This document shows positions 9,486 through 20,144 of a stretch of DNA of 64,000 bases, one piece after another. Under the pieces are notes generated by a model, which ran no database searches, was not told the origin of the DNA, and saw only the letters and a list, made by a program, of their open reading frames with translations. The translations under genes were made by a program, and so were the position numbers. Positions within the stretch are counted from its first letter, which is position 1. Each line of letters opens with the position of its first letter. The stretch is from positions 224,001 to 288,000 of the forward strand of contig RDOC01000001.1 in assembly GCA_011364985.1 (NCBI GenBank), read 5' to 3'. The stretch comes from Candidatus Thorarchaeota archaeon (GTDB lineage Archaea; Asgardarchaeota; Thorarchaeia; Thorarchaeales; Thorarchaeaceae).

Positions 9486-9882
9486 CTATAAAACCACCAC
9501 TGATGTAATTTTCGTTGAGGGACATCTGCTAGTGAGAACCAATTCCAGAAGGGATCTCATGGTCATTATCCACTACTCCACAGTGCTCATGCATTCCAAC
9601 TGATATGGATAGACCTACGGGCGATAAAACGATAGCCGTCTAATAAGGTTTCGTCATACCAGTACAATCTACATTATGAAGGAGGTTTTTGTGGAAGGAA
9701 CATCAGCTGATATCATAGTTTCAACAAGTGGACTATCATCGAGAAGAAGTCACACTGCGGTTTCTAGATTTGCTATTCAGACACTCCTCAGACAAGCTAA
9801 GCATTGAGCGCTGCATTTTAATGGCATATAAACCTATGAACAGAAACTTGACGACATTCTATTTCTCAGCAAGGCTCATAGT

Positions 9883-10275
9883 ATGTCCAGGAGTCTGCTC
9901 ATACCCCCCATACCCCTGGATGGCTCACGCACTTGTTCAAGCGTTAATGGCACTTCAAGCAACAGCCATGTGTTCCACAGCGAATGTTGTAACTACTTGA
10001 CCAGCAATTGGAAACTTGCCATCCGTGCTGGAGATAGCTGGTCCGTAGCGGAAAAGGCCAATGAGCCTATTGACGTAACTTCGATTTCGAAATCTCAGGT
10101 ACCACTAAGAGGATTGCTCCACCATAGAGGAGATCCGAAACGGAATAGCCTGCAACTAAAGGATTTCGTTCTATCGCCAGATTCTGTGATGGAGGTCGTG
10201 CCCAGCGTGAAAGATGCTGAGACTGTATGCCAAGTCAGACAGGCCATCACGAGCAGATATACCTATGCAAAGTGA
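9883..10275 (+). CDS. Possible hypothetical protein
   Basis: Longest ORF (130 aa) in an otherwise unexplained 850-bp gap. No motif recognised. Confidence 0.3.
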   Translation: MSRSLLIPPIPLDGSRTCSSVNGTSSNSHVFHSECCNYLTSNWKLAIRAGDSWSVAEKANEPIDVTSISKSQVPLRGLLHHRGDPKRNSLQLKDFVLSPDSVMEVVPSVKDAETVCQVRQAITSRYTYAK

Positions 10276-10349
10276 TCATACTCGTTTCTTGAAGTGTCAC
10301 TGGTTCATCTGGATGGAAGACTTATGAGGCCATACAAGTAGCAGTAGAG

Positions 10350-11792
10350 TCACAGGTCTATCTTTGGGAAAGTCACTCTGATTGTCTTTCCCTGACTCAG
10401 GTCACCTTTGACCCTGTCAAAAACTTCGATTGTCCCGCCATACTTCTCTACAATATCGTGAGCGAGATGAAAGCCAATTCCCTCAATGCGAGAGCCCGGG
10501 TCGAATAATCTGCGTTTAGTTATCTCGGATAACCCAGGACCATTGTCGCTGACGGATAGGACATACTGGCTATCATCACACTCGAGCTCAATCCAGATCC
10601 TTTTCTCATCTGAAGGATTGTTCTCGTAGGAGTTAACGAGCAGCTCAGACACCAGCAACTCCAAGTAGTCATCCGCTTGGACCCGTGCGTCTGTTACGTG
10701 AAGCGACAGGCTTATGACAACATCGTCAAGGAGGATTGACGCGTCCTTCATACTCTCACAGAGGACATCGTCCAGAATTCTTTCTTTCAGGGGCAGATTT
10801 GTCAGAACCTCCATTACTCCCGAATTTGAGATGGTAGTAATGGATTTTGATACCGCATGGAGTATATTCTCAACAAGGTCCGATACGGAAGAGCCTAGGT
10901 CATTGAGCAAAAGAAGTTCGGCAGCAACTTGGACCTCCTGAAGGTGGTTTCTGATGTCATGTCTCATGAAATCGAGGTACATCTTTGCTCGACTCCTAGC
11001 AACCTGGAGATGTCTCTCTATGGCCTTCCGCCTGGTGATGTCAGTAATAACCACACAACTCCCAATGTATTTGGAAGCATCTTCGAAAATAGGAGATGCT
11101 GAAACTGTTACAGGAATCAATCGACCTGACGAATGGATGATATGCGTTTCATAGCGGTCAGACTTTCCAACCATTCTTTCCTTGATCTTACAGAACACTT
11201 CATCTCTAGTCAGTCCAGCCATGACATCAAATATGGGCTTGCCGATGAGATCCTCCTCCGTGTAATCGATCATTTTGCATAGAGCTGGATTTGCCTGCAC
11301 GAGAATACCATTATCATCAATTACTCCAAGACCTTCGTTCATGGTATTCACTAAGGTGTGATATAGAACCTCATGCCTCGAAAGAGCTTGCTGATACCTC
11401 TTCTCCTCTGTGATATCAATAATCTGTGTTAGAACTCTGATTCTGTTCTTCCCACTTGTCAGAAAGGAGTTATGAATTCGAACTTCTCTGGCTTGACCAT
11501 TACGGTGAAGCAGCTTGGCTTCGCAGGTCCAAGGTAATGCTTCACCGTCAAGTCTTGAGGAGTATTGTTCCATGATGAGTTCGGGACTCTCATGATGAAC
11601 GAAGTTGTCGAAGGGCTGACCAAGAATTTCATGTCTTTCTCTGCCTAGAATATCACAAAGCCTTTCGTTTACATACTCGACTATCTTGTCATCCCTAAAG
11701 ACGGCGATACCTTCAAGGGAATACTCAAGAATCTTGTCAAGGGCTTCCCTTCCCTCAGGAAACTCCGGATTCATTGGATTAATCGATGCCAT
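10350..11792 (-). CDS. PAS-PAS sensor histidine kinase
   Basis: Two PAS/PAC domains (..YVNERLCDILG..; ..ANPALCKMIDY..; DITEEK, DITRRK), H-box HDIRNHLQ, N-box ELLVNS, DNGPGL, and G2 GIGF..IVEKYGG. Confidence 0.92.
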   Translation of the reverse strand: MASINPMNPEFPEGREALDKILEYSLEGIAVFRDDKIVEYVNERLCDILGRERHEILGQPFDNFVHHESPELIMEQYSSRLDGEALPWTCEAKLLHRNGQAREVRIHNSFLTSGKNRIRVLTQIIDITEEKRYQQALSRHEVLYHTLVNTMNEGLGVIDDNGILVQANPALCKMIDYTEEDLIGKPIFDVMAGLTRDEVFCKIKERMVGKSDRYETHIIHSSGRLIPVTVSASPIFEDASKYIGSCVVITDITRRKAIERHLQVARSRAKMYLDFMRHDIRNHLQEVQVAAELLLLNDLGSSVSDLVENILHAVSKSITTISNSGVMEVLTNLPLKERILDDVLCESMKDASILLDDVVISLSLHVTDARVQADDYLELLVSELLVNSYENNPSDEKRIWIELECDDSQYVLSVSDNGPGLSEITKRRLFDPGSRIEGIGFHLAHDIVEKYGGTIEVFDRVKGDLSQGKTIRVTFPKIDL

Positions 11793-12252
11793 TTTTTGAC
11801 CAAGCCCATGCTGCTATGGTATACAGTCTTGCATCACTCGGTCAATTTATCTGATTCACAGATGCTATTGGTGCCCCCTATCGGCACCGAGCCATTGAGA
11901 ATGCTGCATATTGGCTCAGAGAATTTCACAATAAATCGTTTCTTGTGATGAACTCAGAAATCATACGAATCGCAGTGCACGATTTCCAGATAGCGCTCAA
12001 AGAGTGATTCATATCACGTCTTCGGCTGTCTGACATGAAGTTCATGTTGCTGTTATTCCATGCTGCATGGGAGCTGGCACAATATAGTATGGAAAGGACA
12101 GGACTCATCCCAAGAGTGGAGGACTTTGAATAACTCGAATATGCACTGCATCTGCGCTCTCACGACATCACAGAATGCCAATCAGATTACCTGTCCTTGA
12201 GAAAGCAAATTGCACCTTGCAGCTGGTAGTTGTAACGGTAAGGTCCATGAAC

Positions 12253-13047
12253 TCAAGGCTGTCTGTCGACCCAATCGAGGTATTTTCCGAGAACTCTGTT
12301 GAATTCAGCAGGATTTTGCAGCATGGGCACATGGTCAGCATGTCGAATGATAGCAAGGTCTGCACGAGGCAGCCTCTCTTCGAGGTCTTTGGCAGTTGAT
12401 GGAGTGATTATGTTGTCATGTTCGCCCACAACAACAAGAGTTGGCAAGTCAATCTCGTGGATGCGGCTAGTAATATCGAATCCATCCACAACAGCGAGGT
12501 CTCGTTGCATCACATGAGGGTTTCTCGTCTTGTGTATCTCCTCTCTGCGGATTATCTCAATTGCCTTCGAATTGCTGCCCTTGATCCTGTCACGAAGAAG
12601 TGATAGATAGGTGTCGAGCGCCTCGCGCGTCATTCCTGCAGCAAGGTTTGAAAGATTCAAATCACATGATGTGTCAACAAGTGTAAGCGCCTTCGGACAT
12701 GGAAAGTCATCCCTCAAGGCATATGACATGACTACGCCGCCACCCATTGAATGACCTACCAAGACGAAGTTCTGTAGTTCAAGATGATCCGCTAAGGCTG
12801 CGAGTTCCTCTGTATAACCGTTCTCAATGCTAGTCATCTTTGGATTTGGGTCCGACTTCCCATGACCAGAGAAATCAAAAGCAATGGTCTGATACTGCTT
12901 TCCAAACTCCTCCACTTGAAGGGTCCAAGCCTCATGAGAAGACCCTGCTCCGTGGACAAACACAATTGTGAGGATACTTGTATCACCAGTGCCCTTTGGG
13001 CCGACCACATAGTGAAGCCGAACTCCATCATGAACGAGATGGGACAA
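12253..13047 (-). CDS. Alpha/beta-fold hydrolase
   Basis: VFVHGAG, DFSGHGKS, GHSMGG nucleophile elbow, GEHD, H in ADHVP. Start reassigned to TTG 13047 after a GGGGTGA RBS; the ORF-track extension overlaps the divergent gene. Confidence 0.9.
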   Translation of the reverse strand: MSHLVHDGVRLHYVVGPKGTGDTSILTIVFVHGAGSSHEAWTLQVEEFGKQYQTIAFDFSGHGKSDPNPKMTSIENGYTEELAALADHLELQNFVLVGHSMGGGVVMSYALRDDFPCPKALTLVDTSCDLNLSNLAAGMTREALDTYLSLLRDRIKGSNSKAIEIIRREEIHKTRNPHVMQRDLAVVDGFDITSRIHEIDLPTLVVVGEHDNIITPSTAKDLEERLPRADLAIIRHADHVPMLQNPAEFNRVLGKYLDWVDRQP

Positions 13048-13160
13048 CTTGAGTTCACCCCAGGATTGGCCTATGAATCCATAACATATAGGCCTATTCC
13101 CTTTGAGAATTGCCTTTAGGTAGGTTTTTGAATCGGGACATAAGGAGTCAATTGAGTACA

Positions 13161-14534
<1,374 letters not shown>

Positions 14535-14543
14535 GGAGATATC

Positions 14544-14702
14544 TTGAGATTAGTAGAGGAGATTGACAGGGAAATCTGGAAAGGAAAAACAAAGATTCAC
14601 ATTCCGATGAACAGATTTAGCAAATGCAGCCAAGAAGAAAAGGAAGCCATAAAGCAGCTCTGCGTTGTCAATGGTGTTGAGCTTGTTCTAGATGCAAACT
14701 GA
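14544..14702 (+). CDS. Small hypothetical protein (52 aa)
   Basis: TTG start after GAGGAG, 9 bp after the glmM stop. Reads MRLVEEIDREIWKGKTKIHIPMNRFSKCSQEEKEAIKQLCVVNGVELVLDAN. Below the ORF-track cutoff. Confidence 0.6.
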   Translation: MRLVEEIDREIWKGKTKIHIPMNRFSKCSQEEKEAIKQLCVVNGVELVLDAN

Positions 14703-14783
14703 CAAAATGAGGCGATAGGTAGTATCCAGATAATCTTTATAGATAAACCAGAAGAAATTGTGATCACATCAGAGGTCAATGAC

Positions 14784-15182
14784 ATGAGTGAAAAAGGCGA
14801 CGACTTTATCATGGATGAGTTTGAGTGGGCACTGAAGGATCCCACCGAAGAGAAACTGAGAGCCTTGGGTGAAGTCGTCAGTATAATAACCAGTAAGCTC
14901 ACTGAAGCGATAAGTAAGTTACAACAAGATGTCTACGACCTCCAAGACAAGCTCTCGAAGGTGGAATCAAATCTAGGTGCCAAAATCATCTCACTTGAGA
15001 AGGGTGTAGCAAGTGGTGGAGCTATTGTTAGCGCACCTTCACCAGCAGCTGAGGCAGATAGCTCTGCAGCACCAATCGCACAAGCACCACCACCCAAAGC
15101 GCCTTCTGGTCCGGGAGGTATGATGGGCGAGCTTAAGGCATTGCTAGCCGCACGACGAAAGAAAGCGGAGTCCGGTGAATAG
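14784..15182 (+). CDS. Coiled-coil + Ala/Pro-rich linker + C-terminal Ena/VASP FAB-like (WH2-like) motif protein
   Basis: Heptad region LTEAISKLQQDVYDLQDKLSKVESNL, linker APSPAAEADSSAAPIAQAPPPKAP, tail GPGGMMGELKALLAARRKKAESGE. The gene is well supported; the function is inferred. Confidence 0.7.
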   Translation: MSEKGDDFIMDEFEWALKDPTEEKLRALGEVVSIITSKLTEAISKLQQDVYDLQDKLSKVESNLGAKIISLEKGVASGGAIVSAPSPAAEADSSAAPIAQAPPPKAPSGPGGMMGELKALLAARRKKAESGE

Positions 15183-15191
15183 CAGGGTATT

Positions 15192-15860
15192 TTAGAGCAG
15201 AAGATCAACGCTGTTTTGAGGATAGAAAGGACCAGCATGTGTTGGCAATGAGATTGTAAAGGCCTCGGCCCTCTCACAGGCAGCCTGAACCCCTCGTAGT
15301 CGTGTCCTAACATCATATAGCTTCGCATAGTAGTTGTTGGCCTTGGCTATTTGCGACTTATGTTGAGCCAGTGCCTTCAGAACGAAGGTGTGGGTTCCTG
15401 TTGTGTCAACATGGAGATGTGGACGAGGCAGAAGACTATTTACTTCCATGTGAAGGATTTTGTCCACACGATGTGCATTATCAAAAATCGTTGAATGTGA
15501 AGCCCATTCAACAGCCTGCTCAACCAGGGCTGAGCACTCGACATGGTTGCGATTATAGTCCTCTCCAGAATGAGTTATTACAATCTTTGGATGCGACTTG
15601 AGAATAGCTCCAATCACCTCATTTTGAAGAGAGGAATCGATTGCAAAATCGTCGCGTTCGCTCAGATAGAGATTTCGAACCCCAAGTATACTGCACGCGG
15701 CTTTCAATTCTTCATTGCGCGATTCGTTGCCTGTCATGCAATGTACATCCACAGGTATACCTCCCTCAACGTGTTTTCGAATTGTACCACCTGCCCCCAA
15801 AGTTTCGTCATCTGGATGAGCTGCAACAACAAGCAACCCATGCGCCGCAGTCTTGCTCAT
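15192..15860 (-). CDS. bshB: PIG-L/LmbE-family deacetylase, BshB-like
   Basis: AAHPDDE.LGAGGT metal motif, ELKAAC.ILG, ALAQHKSQ, RG.Q....AEAF. Divergent from bshA. Confidence 0.75.
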   Translation of the reverse strand: MSKTAAHGLLVVAAHPDDETLGAGGTIRKHVEGGIPVDVHCMTGNESRNEELKAACSILGVRNLYLSERDDFAIDSSLQNEVIGAILKSHPKIVITHSGEDYNRNHVECSALVEQAVEWASHSTIFDNAHRVDKILHMEVNSLLPRPHLHVDTTGTHTFVLKALAQHKSQIAKANNYYAKLYDVRTRLRGVQAACERAEAFTISLPTHAGPFYPQNSVDLLL

Positions 15861-15985
15861 GTATTGACCAGCGCCGCGGTGACTAATCAAGCTTTGGCAC
15901 TGATTATTGAGCGCAGAAGGAGAGTTTTAAGTTGTAACCAAATATCCTAAGGCAGCAGCAGTTGATCCCTAGGAAGGTGTGTTAT

Positions 15986-17158
15986 TTGCATATTGCAGTG
16001 AATCTTTATCCCTCAGTGGGAGGCTCAGGCCATCTAGCTACAAGACTTGGTCAACACTTGGCGCACAAGGGTCATAGTATCCACTTCATCACTTATCAGA
16101 GACCTTTCTCTTTGATGTGGGAACAGACAAGAGGTGTTTATGTTGATCTTGTTGATAGATTTGATTATCCGCTGTTCAGAGCGGTGGGTCCACCTTACAC
16201 TATGGCCTTGACATCAAAGATGGTCAAGGTCATCTCAGATTCTAAGCTTGACCTGATACATTCACATTATGCCATTCCTCATGCAATGGCAGCTTACATG
16301 ACCAGAGAAATAACTGGAACGCCCTATGTCATCACGCTTCATGGGTCAGATGTGCATTCTCTAGGACTAGACCCAGCATATCAGCCGGTGGTAAAACACA
16401 CCGTAGAGAAAGCAAACGCAGTCACAGCAGTTTCCCAGTTCTTGAAAGACCAAGCTCATAAGAAGCTCGGTATTGAGAGAGAAATCAAGGTCATTCCCAA
16501 CTTCATCGATGTAGAGCGCTTTGTTCATCTTACAGGAACGCGATTAATTGTTGAAAGCGGCTGCGTTGGTTTGCGGAGTGAAGAAGAAGCCAAGGCAATC
16601 AATCCCGACGAGAAGGTTCTGTTACATGCCTCCAACTTCCGCGAAGTCAAGAGAGTTGTCGAGCTTGTTGATATAATGCGGATTGTCGTCGACCATTATC
16701 CGAATGTCCGGCTCATAATCGCTGGAGATGGACCAACTCGTATTGAGGTTGAAAGAAAAATCGAAGCGTTGGACTTATGCAACCACATACATTTGCTAGG
16801 CGTAAAGAGCAATATGCAGCAAATAATGTGCTCAGCTGATGCGTTTCTCCTGAATTCGACTCTGGAAGGAATGCCTTTGGTTCTACTTGAGGCAATGTCA
16901 TGTAAACTGCCTGTTGTTACAACTCCAGCAGGGGGCATTCCAGAACTGGTAAGACCCGGTAAGGACGGTATTGTAACTAGAGGATTCGAACAAGAGGAGT
17001 ACGCAGAGGCAGTCATAGATGTCCTTGAGAATGATTCGCTTAGAAAGGAGCTGGGAGAGGCTGGACGGAAAAGGGTCATAGACAGTTACTCATCAAACAG
17101 AATAGTTCCTATGTATGAGAAGGTATTTCAAGAGGTACTAGAAGAGCAGGAGGCCTAA
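15986..17158 (+). CDS. bshA: N-acetyl-alpha-D-glucosaminyl L-malate synthase (GT4)
   Basis: YPSVGGSG..AT.LG..LA.KGH.IHFIT, PPY..AL.SK, HSHYAIPHA, TLHGSD...LG.DP, HASNFREVKRV and LVLLEAM follow the BshA signature closely. TTG start after AGGTG. Confidence 0.9.
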   Translation: MHIAVNLYPSVGGSGHLATRLGQHLAHKGHSIHFITYQRPFSLMWEQTRGVYVDLVDRFDYPLFRAVGPPYTMALTSKMVKVISDSKLDLIHSHYAIPHAMAAYMTREITGTPYVITLHGSDVHSLGLDPAYQPVVKHTVEKANAVTAVSQFLKDQAHKKLGIEREIKVIPNFIDVERFVHLTGTRLIVESGCVGLRSEEEAKAINPDEKVLLHASNFREVKRVVELVDIMRIVVDHYPNVRLIIAGDGPTRIEVERKIEALDLCNHIHLLGVKSNMQQIMCSADAFLLNSTLEGMPLVLLEAMSCKLPVVTTPAGGIPELVRPGKDGIVTRGFEQEEYAEAVIDVLENDSLRKELGEAGRKRVIDSYSSNRIVPMYEKVFQEVLEEQEA

Positions 17159-17164
17159 GACCAG

Positions 17165-18871
17165 ATGGATACCTCAGTGACAAATGTCTACCATGATTTT
17201 ATCTGGAGAGGCACAATGAGCGAACTTGCTGCACAGCTGTATGACCTGCCGATAGTGACCCTTGGCGGTTTCAGAGAGAGTACCCAAAAGATTCTAGCAC
17301 GATACAGCGAAACCTCGTGGCACACCGAAGAAAGACGCAAGGAAGTGATTGACGCCCTTCTAAGAATCAATCGAGGCGTGGGAGCCCTAACACCAGAGGT
17401 GGAGGATACAATTCATAGGCTGTTCAACGGAGCAATTGAAGCAGCACATCAGTCAGTTGTTATGGGCGGTCCAGGATATGTATTGAATAAAGCTGCAGTA
17501 GCGCATAGAATTGCTCTTCTGAACTCTAACCAAGAAAGCCCGCTTGGTTGTTTCTTTTGCGTAGCAGATTATGATATTGTTCAGACTGAACTCACTAACA
17601 TCAGAACTCCGAATATGGGACAAGAAGGAACTCTGATCAACATGCCAGTTTCAGGGGAATATGAACATTCTCCAGTCAGTGCCATTCCTCTTCCACGCAC
17701 AGGTTGGTACTCACAGGTTGAAGAGAACATCCGATCGAACTACCATCCAATATTCAAGGAACTTGAGGGGAGTACAAGAACGCTTATGGAAGAACGGCTT
17801 GAACAGGCTCTCTCTGTCACTCGTTGGGCATATAGGAACTCAAATACTATCGGTGAATGGGCCACAAGAATCCTTGGTCGACTATTCAACATCGAAGGCA
17901 ATTTGGGAATTCCATTGCTGCCCGCCTCAGATTCCGCAATCAGAAGCCTTCTTGTAGAGGGATTTGAGTTTCTTCTCGCAGAAGAAAACAGGACTCGATT
18001 TGTCAAATCCCATAATGAGTCAACAGACAAGATCAGATCTCACGGGATGAATCCCGGAAGTACTGAGAGAAATGACTCATATGTTCCTTTCTTCTATGAG
18101 TGTCCGAACAAGGGCTGTCACCGTGCAAGAACTGAGCTATATTATGACCAGAAAGGGAATTTGGCGACTCTATCAGGCAAGTGTCCGCAGTGTGGAGAAA
18201 GAATAGAAATAGAGATCAACGTAGACCATCCATCTCTTGCAGAACATTCTGAATGGATGTCACCTAGAGTGGACTCCAGGCAGATTGTAATCGATACCTT
18301 GCTTCCAGTAGTGACACATGTTGGTGGTGGTGGAGAGACTGCGTACTATGCTCAAGTCATCCCAGCAGCTCGAGCGCTTAGAATTCCATTTCCTGCATTC
18401 GTAAAATATCCCAGGGTCTATTTCAACACTCCGTGGAATGAAGCACTTGCTAAGCAGTTGCTGGAAAAGGAGCTCACTCCAATCCAGCGACAGGACATGT
18501 TCAAATTGACAGGCAAGATAGCAAGATTCAGAAGAAAGAACAGATTCGAGGAAATGAACAAAACCGTAGAGGAGTTTGGAAAATTCCTTCTCGAATCCCA
18601 TTCGCAGCTGAAGAAAGAGCTCGAAGAAGTCTCAGCAACGCTTCAAAAATCACCTACGGATGAACTTCGATTCACTCGTCTCGATATTGAGAGATACTTA
18701 AGCTGGGCATACGGCGAATATACTGAGGACAAGATGGGGCAGGAGGTTTCATGGTCATGGATAGAATGGTCTCTTAATTCCAGTTTCCCAGATCTCTTTG
18801 GGCCTTATGCCCGAGCCTATGTTCCCGAGATGAAGAATGGTGCAACCCTGTTTATCAACTTCATAGTCTAG
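17165..18871 (+). CDS. bshC: Bacillithiol biosynthesis BshC-like putative cysteine ligase
   Basis: AAHQ...MGGP.Y.LNK (cf. GQQ..L.TGP.Y..HK), ADYD, SPRVDSR (cf. SPNV..RP), LLP...VGGGGETAYYAQ (cf. GPGE..Y), YPR and a C-terminal helical/coiled-coil region. Starts 6 bp after bshA. Confidence 0.8.
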   Translation: MDTSVTNVYHDFIWRGTMSELAAQLYDLPIVTLGGFRESTQKILARYSETSWHTEERRKEVIDALLRINRGVGALTPEVEDTIHRLFNGAIEAAHQSVVMGGPGYVLNKAAVAHRIALLNSNQESPLGCFFCVADYDIVQTELTNIRTPNMGQEGTLINMPVSGEYEHSPVSAIPLPRTGWYSQVEENIRSNYHPIFKELEGSTRTLMEERLEQALSVTRWAYRNSNTIGEWATRILGRLFNIEGNLGIPLLPASDSAIRSLLVEGFEFLLAEENRTRFVKSHNESTDKIRSHGMNPGSTERNDSYVPFFYECPNKGCHRARTELYYDQKGNLATLSGKCPQCGERIEIEINVDHPSLAEHSEWMSPRVDSRQIVIDTLLPVVTHVGGGGETAYYAQVIPAARALRIPFPAFVKYPRVYFNTPWNEALAKQLLEKELTPIQRQDMFKLTGKIARFRRKNRFEEMNKTVEEFGKFLLESHSQLKKELEEVSATLQKSPTDELRFTRLDIERYLSWAYGEYTEDKMGQEVSWSWIEWSLNSSFPDLFGPYARAYVPEMKNGATLFINFIV

Positions 18872-18878
18872 AAGTGAC

Positions 18879-20144
18879 TCATAGGTTCTCTGACAGAAGT
18901 TTCCCAAGGCGCTCAATGCCTTCCGTGATGAGGTCCGGAGGGACGTAGGAGAAACCTAGACGCATGGTGTTCACTTCTGGTCTACTGGGTTCCAGTCCGT
19001 TTCCATCCTCGTGCAACGAATAGCCACTGATTGGGTAAAAGGCAACTCCTGGAACGTAGATGATGTCATTAGGAATACCAACCTTCTCCATGAAGACACT
19101 ACTATCAAACTCCTTTTCACTCTGCCACCAAACGAAGAATCCTCCAGTTGGATCAGTTCTTGTGCCAGCTGGAAACGAATCATCAATCGCCTTTGCCATG
19201 GCTTCGTATCTCGTCTTATACTGGGGAATGCCCTTTCTCATTGCATCATCGATATGATGCTCATAGTACTCATTGAGGATACGCTGGACAAGACTTGCAG
19301 TGCATAGGTCAAGGTAGCCCTTGTCCTTGAGAACCTCGTTTCTCACGTTGGTTGGAAGTACAGAATAGCCTACTCGTAATACAGCAGCTTCCTTACTGCT
19401 AGTACCCAAATAGGCCACACGCGCGTTGTCTTTGTCAAGAGACTTGATTGGCTTCGGATTCTTCTTGAACTGAATTTCAGCATATGCCGCGTCCTCAAGC
19501 AGCAGTATGTTGTGATTCTCGCATATGTCGTAGAGAGCTTGCCTTCGCTTCATGGGTACAGTGGTTCCCTTTGGGTTGTCACTGTCAGGAACTACATAGA
19601 GAAGGTCAGGAGTCTTTCCAAACTCCCGCTTTGAAATAAGAACTGCCTTCTCTGCATATTCAGGGATAATTCCATCCAAATCTGTTGGAATGGTGATTAC
19701 TCTCGCGCCAAGCTTGACAGCGGGACCAAGGAATCCAAGATATGCAGGTGAGGGAGTTATTATCACATCTCCAGGATCAATCAGTGTATCAAGAAGGGCG
19801 TATAGCGCCTGTTGAGACCCATTTGTTACTGATACGGATTCGTATTCTGTTTCATAATCGATAGGAATACCACGTATCTCACAAAGACGCTTAGCAAGTG
19901 TCTTTAGGAAATATGGCTGCCCACCAGTAGGACCATAGTTTAGATCTTCCAAAGCAAGTTTGGGATCCTTCTGATATTTCTCACCAAGGTCAATCATTAT
20001 TCTGGCGAAGGTATCAGTGGGAACAATACCAGGTTTGCCACCAGCAAAATAGAAATCCACCTTGTATTTCAGGAGTGCACGAATCTGTGACTCAGCTATA
20101 AACGACGTCCAAGTCGCAAAACTATAACCTGACTCATTTGCCAT
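18879..20144 (-). CDS. PLP-dependent aminotransferase class I/II (LysN/Aro8-like)
   Basis: YGPTGG, VTNGSQQAL, PAYLG, NPKG.T, EDAAY, GTSSK (PLP lysine), LRVG, GGFFVW, MRLGFS. Confidence 0.92.
   Translation of the reverse strand: MANESGYSFATWTSFIAESQIRALLKYKVDFYFAGGKPGIVPTDTFARIMIDLGEKYQKDPKLALEDLNYGPTGGQPYFLKTLAKRLCEIRGIPIDYETEYESVSVTNGSQQALYALLDTLIDPGDVIITPSPAYLGFLGPAVKLGARVITIPTDLDGIIPEYAEKAVLISKREFGKTPDLLYVVPDSDNPKGTTVPMKRRQALYDICENHNILLLEDAAYAEIQFKKNPKPIKSLDKDNARVAYLGTSSKEAAVLRVGYSVLPTNVRNEVLKDKGYLDLCTASLVQRILNEYYEHHIDDAMRKGIPQYKTRYEAMAKAIDDSFPAGTRTDPTGGFFVWWQSEKEFDSSVFMEKVGIPNDIIYVPGVAFYPISGYSLHEDGNGLEPSRPEVNTMRLGFSYVPPDLITEGIERLGKLLSENL

Noticed and set aside
11870-11888. GGTGCC-N7-GGCACC inverted repeat upstream of the histidine kinase
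   Set aside because: A single 6-bp stem is expected by chance; there is no U-tract or second copy
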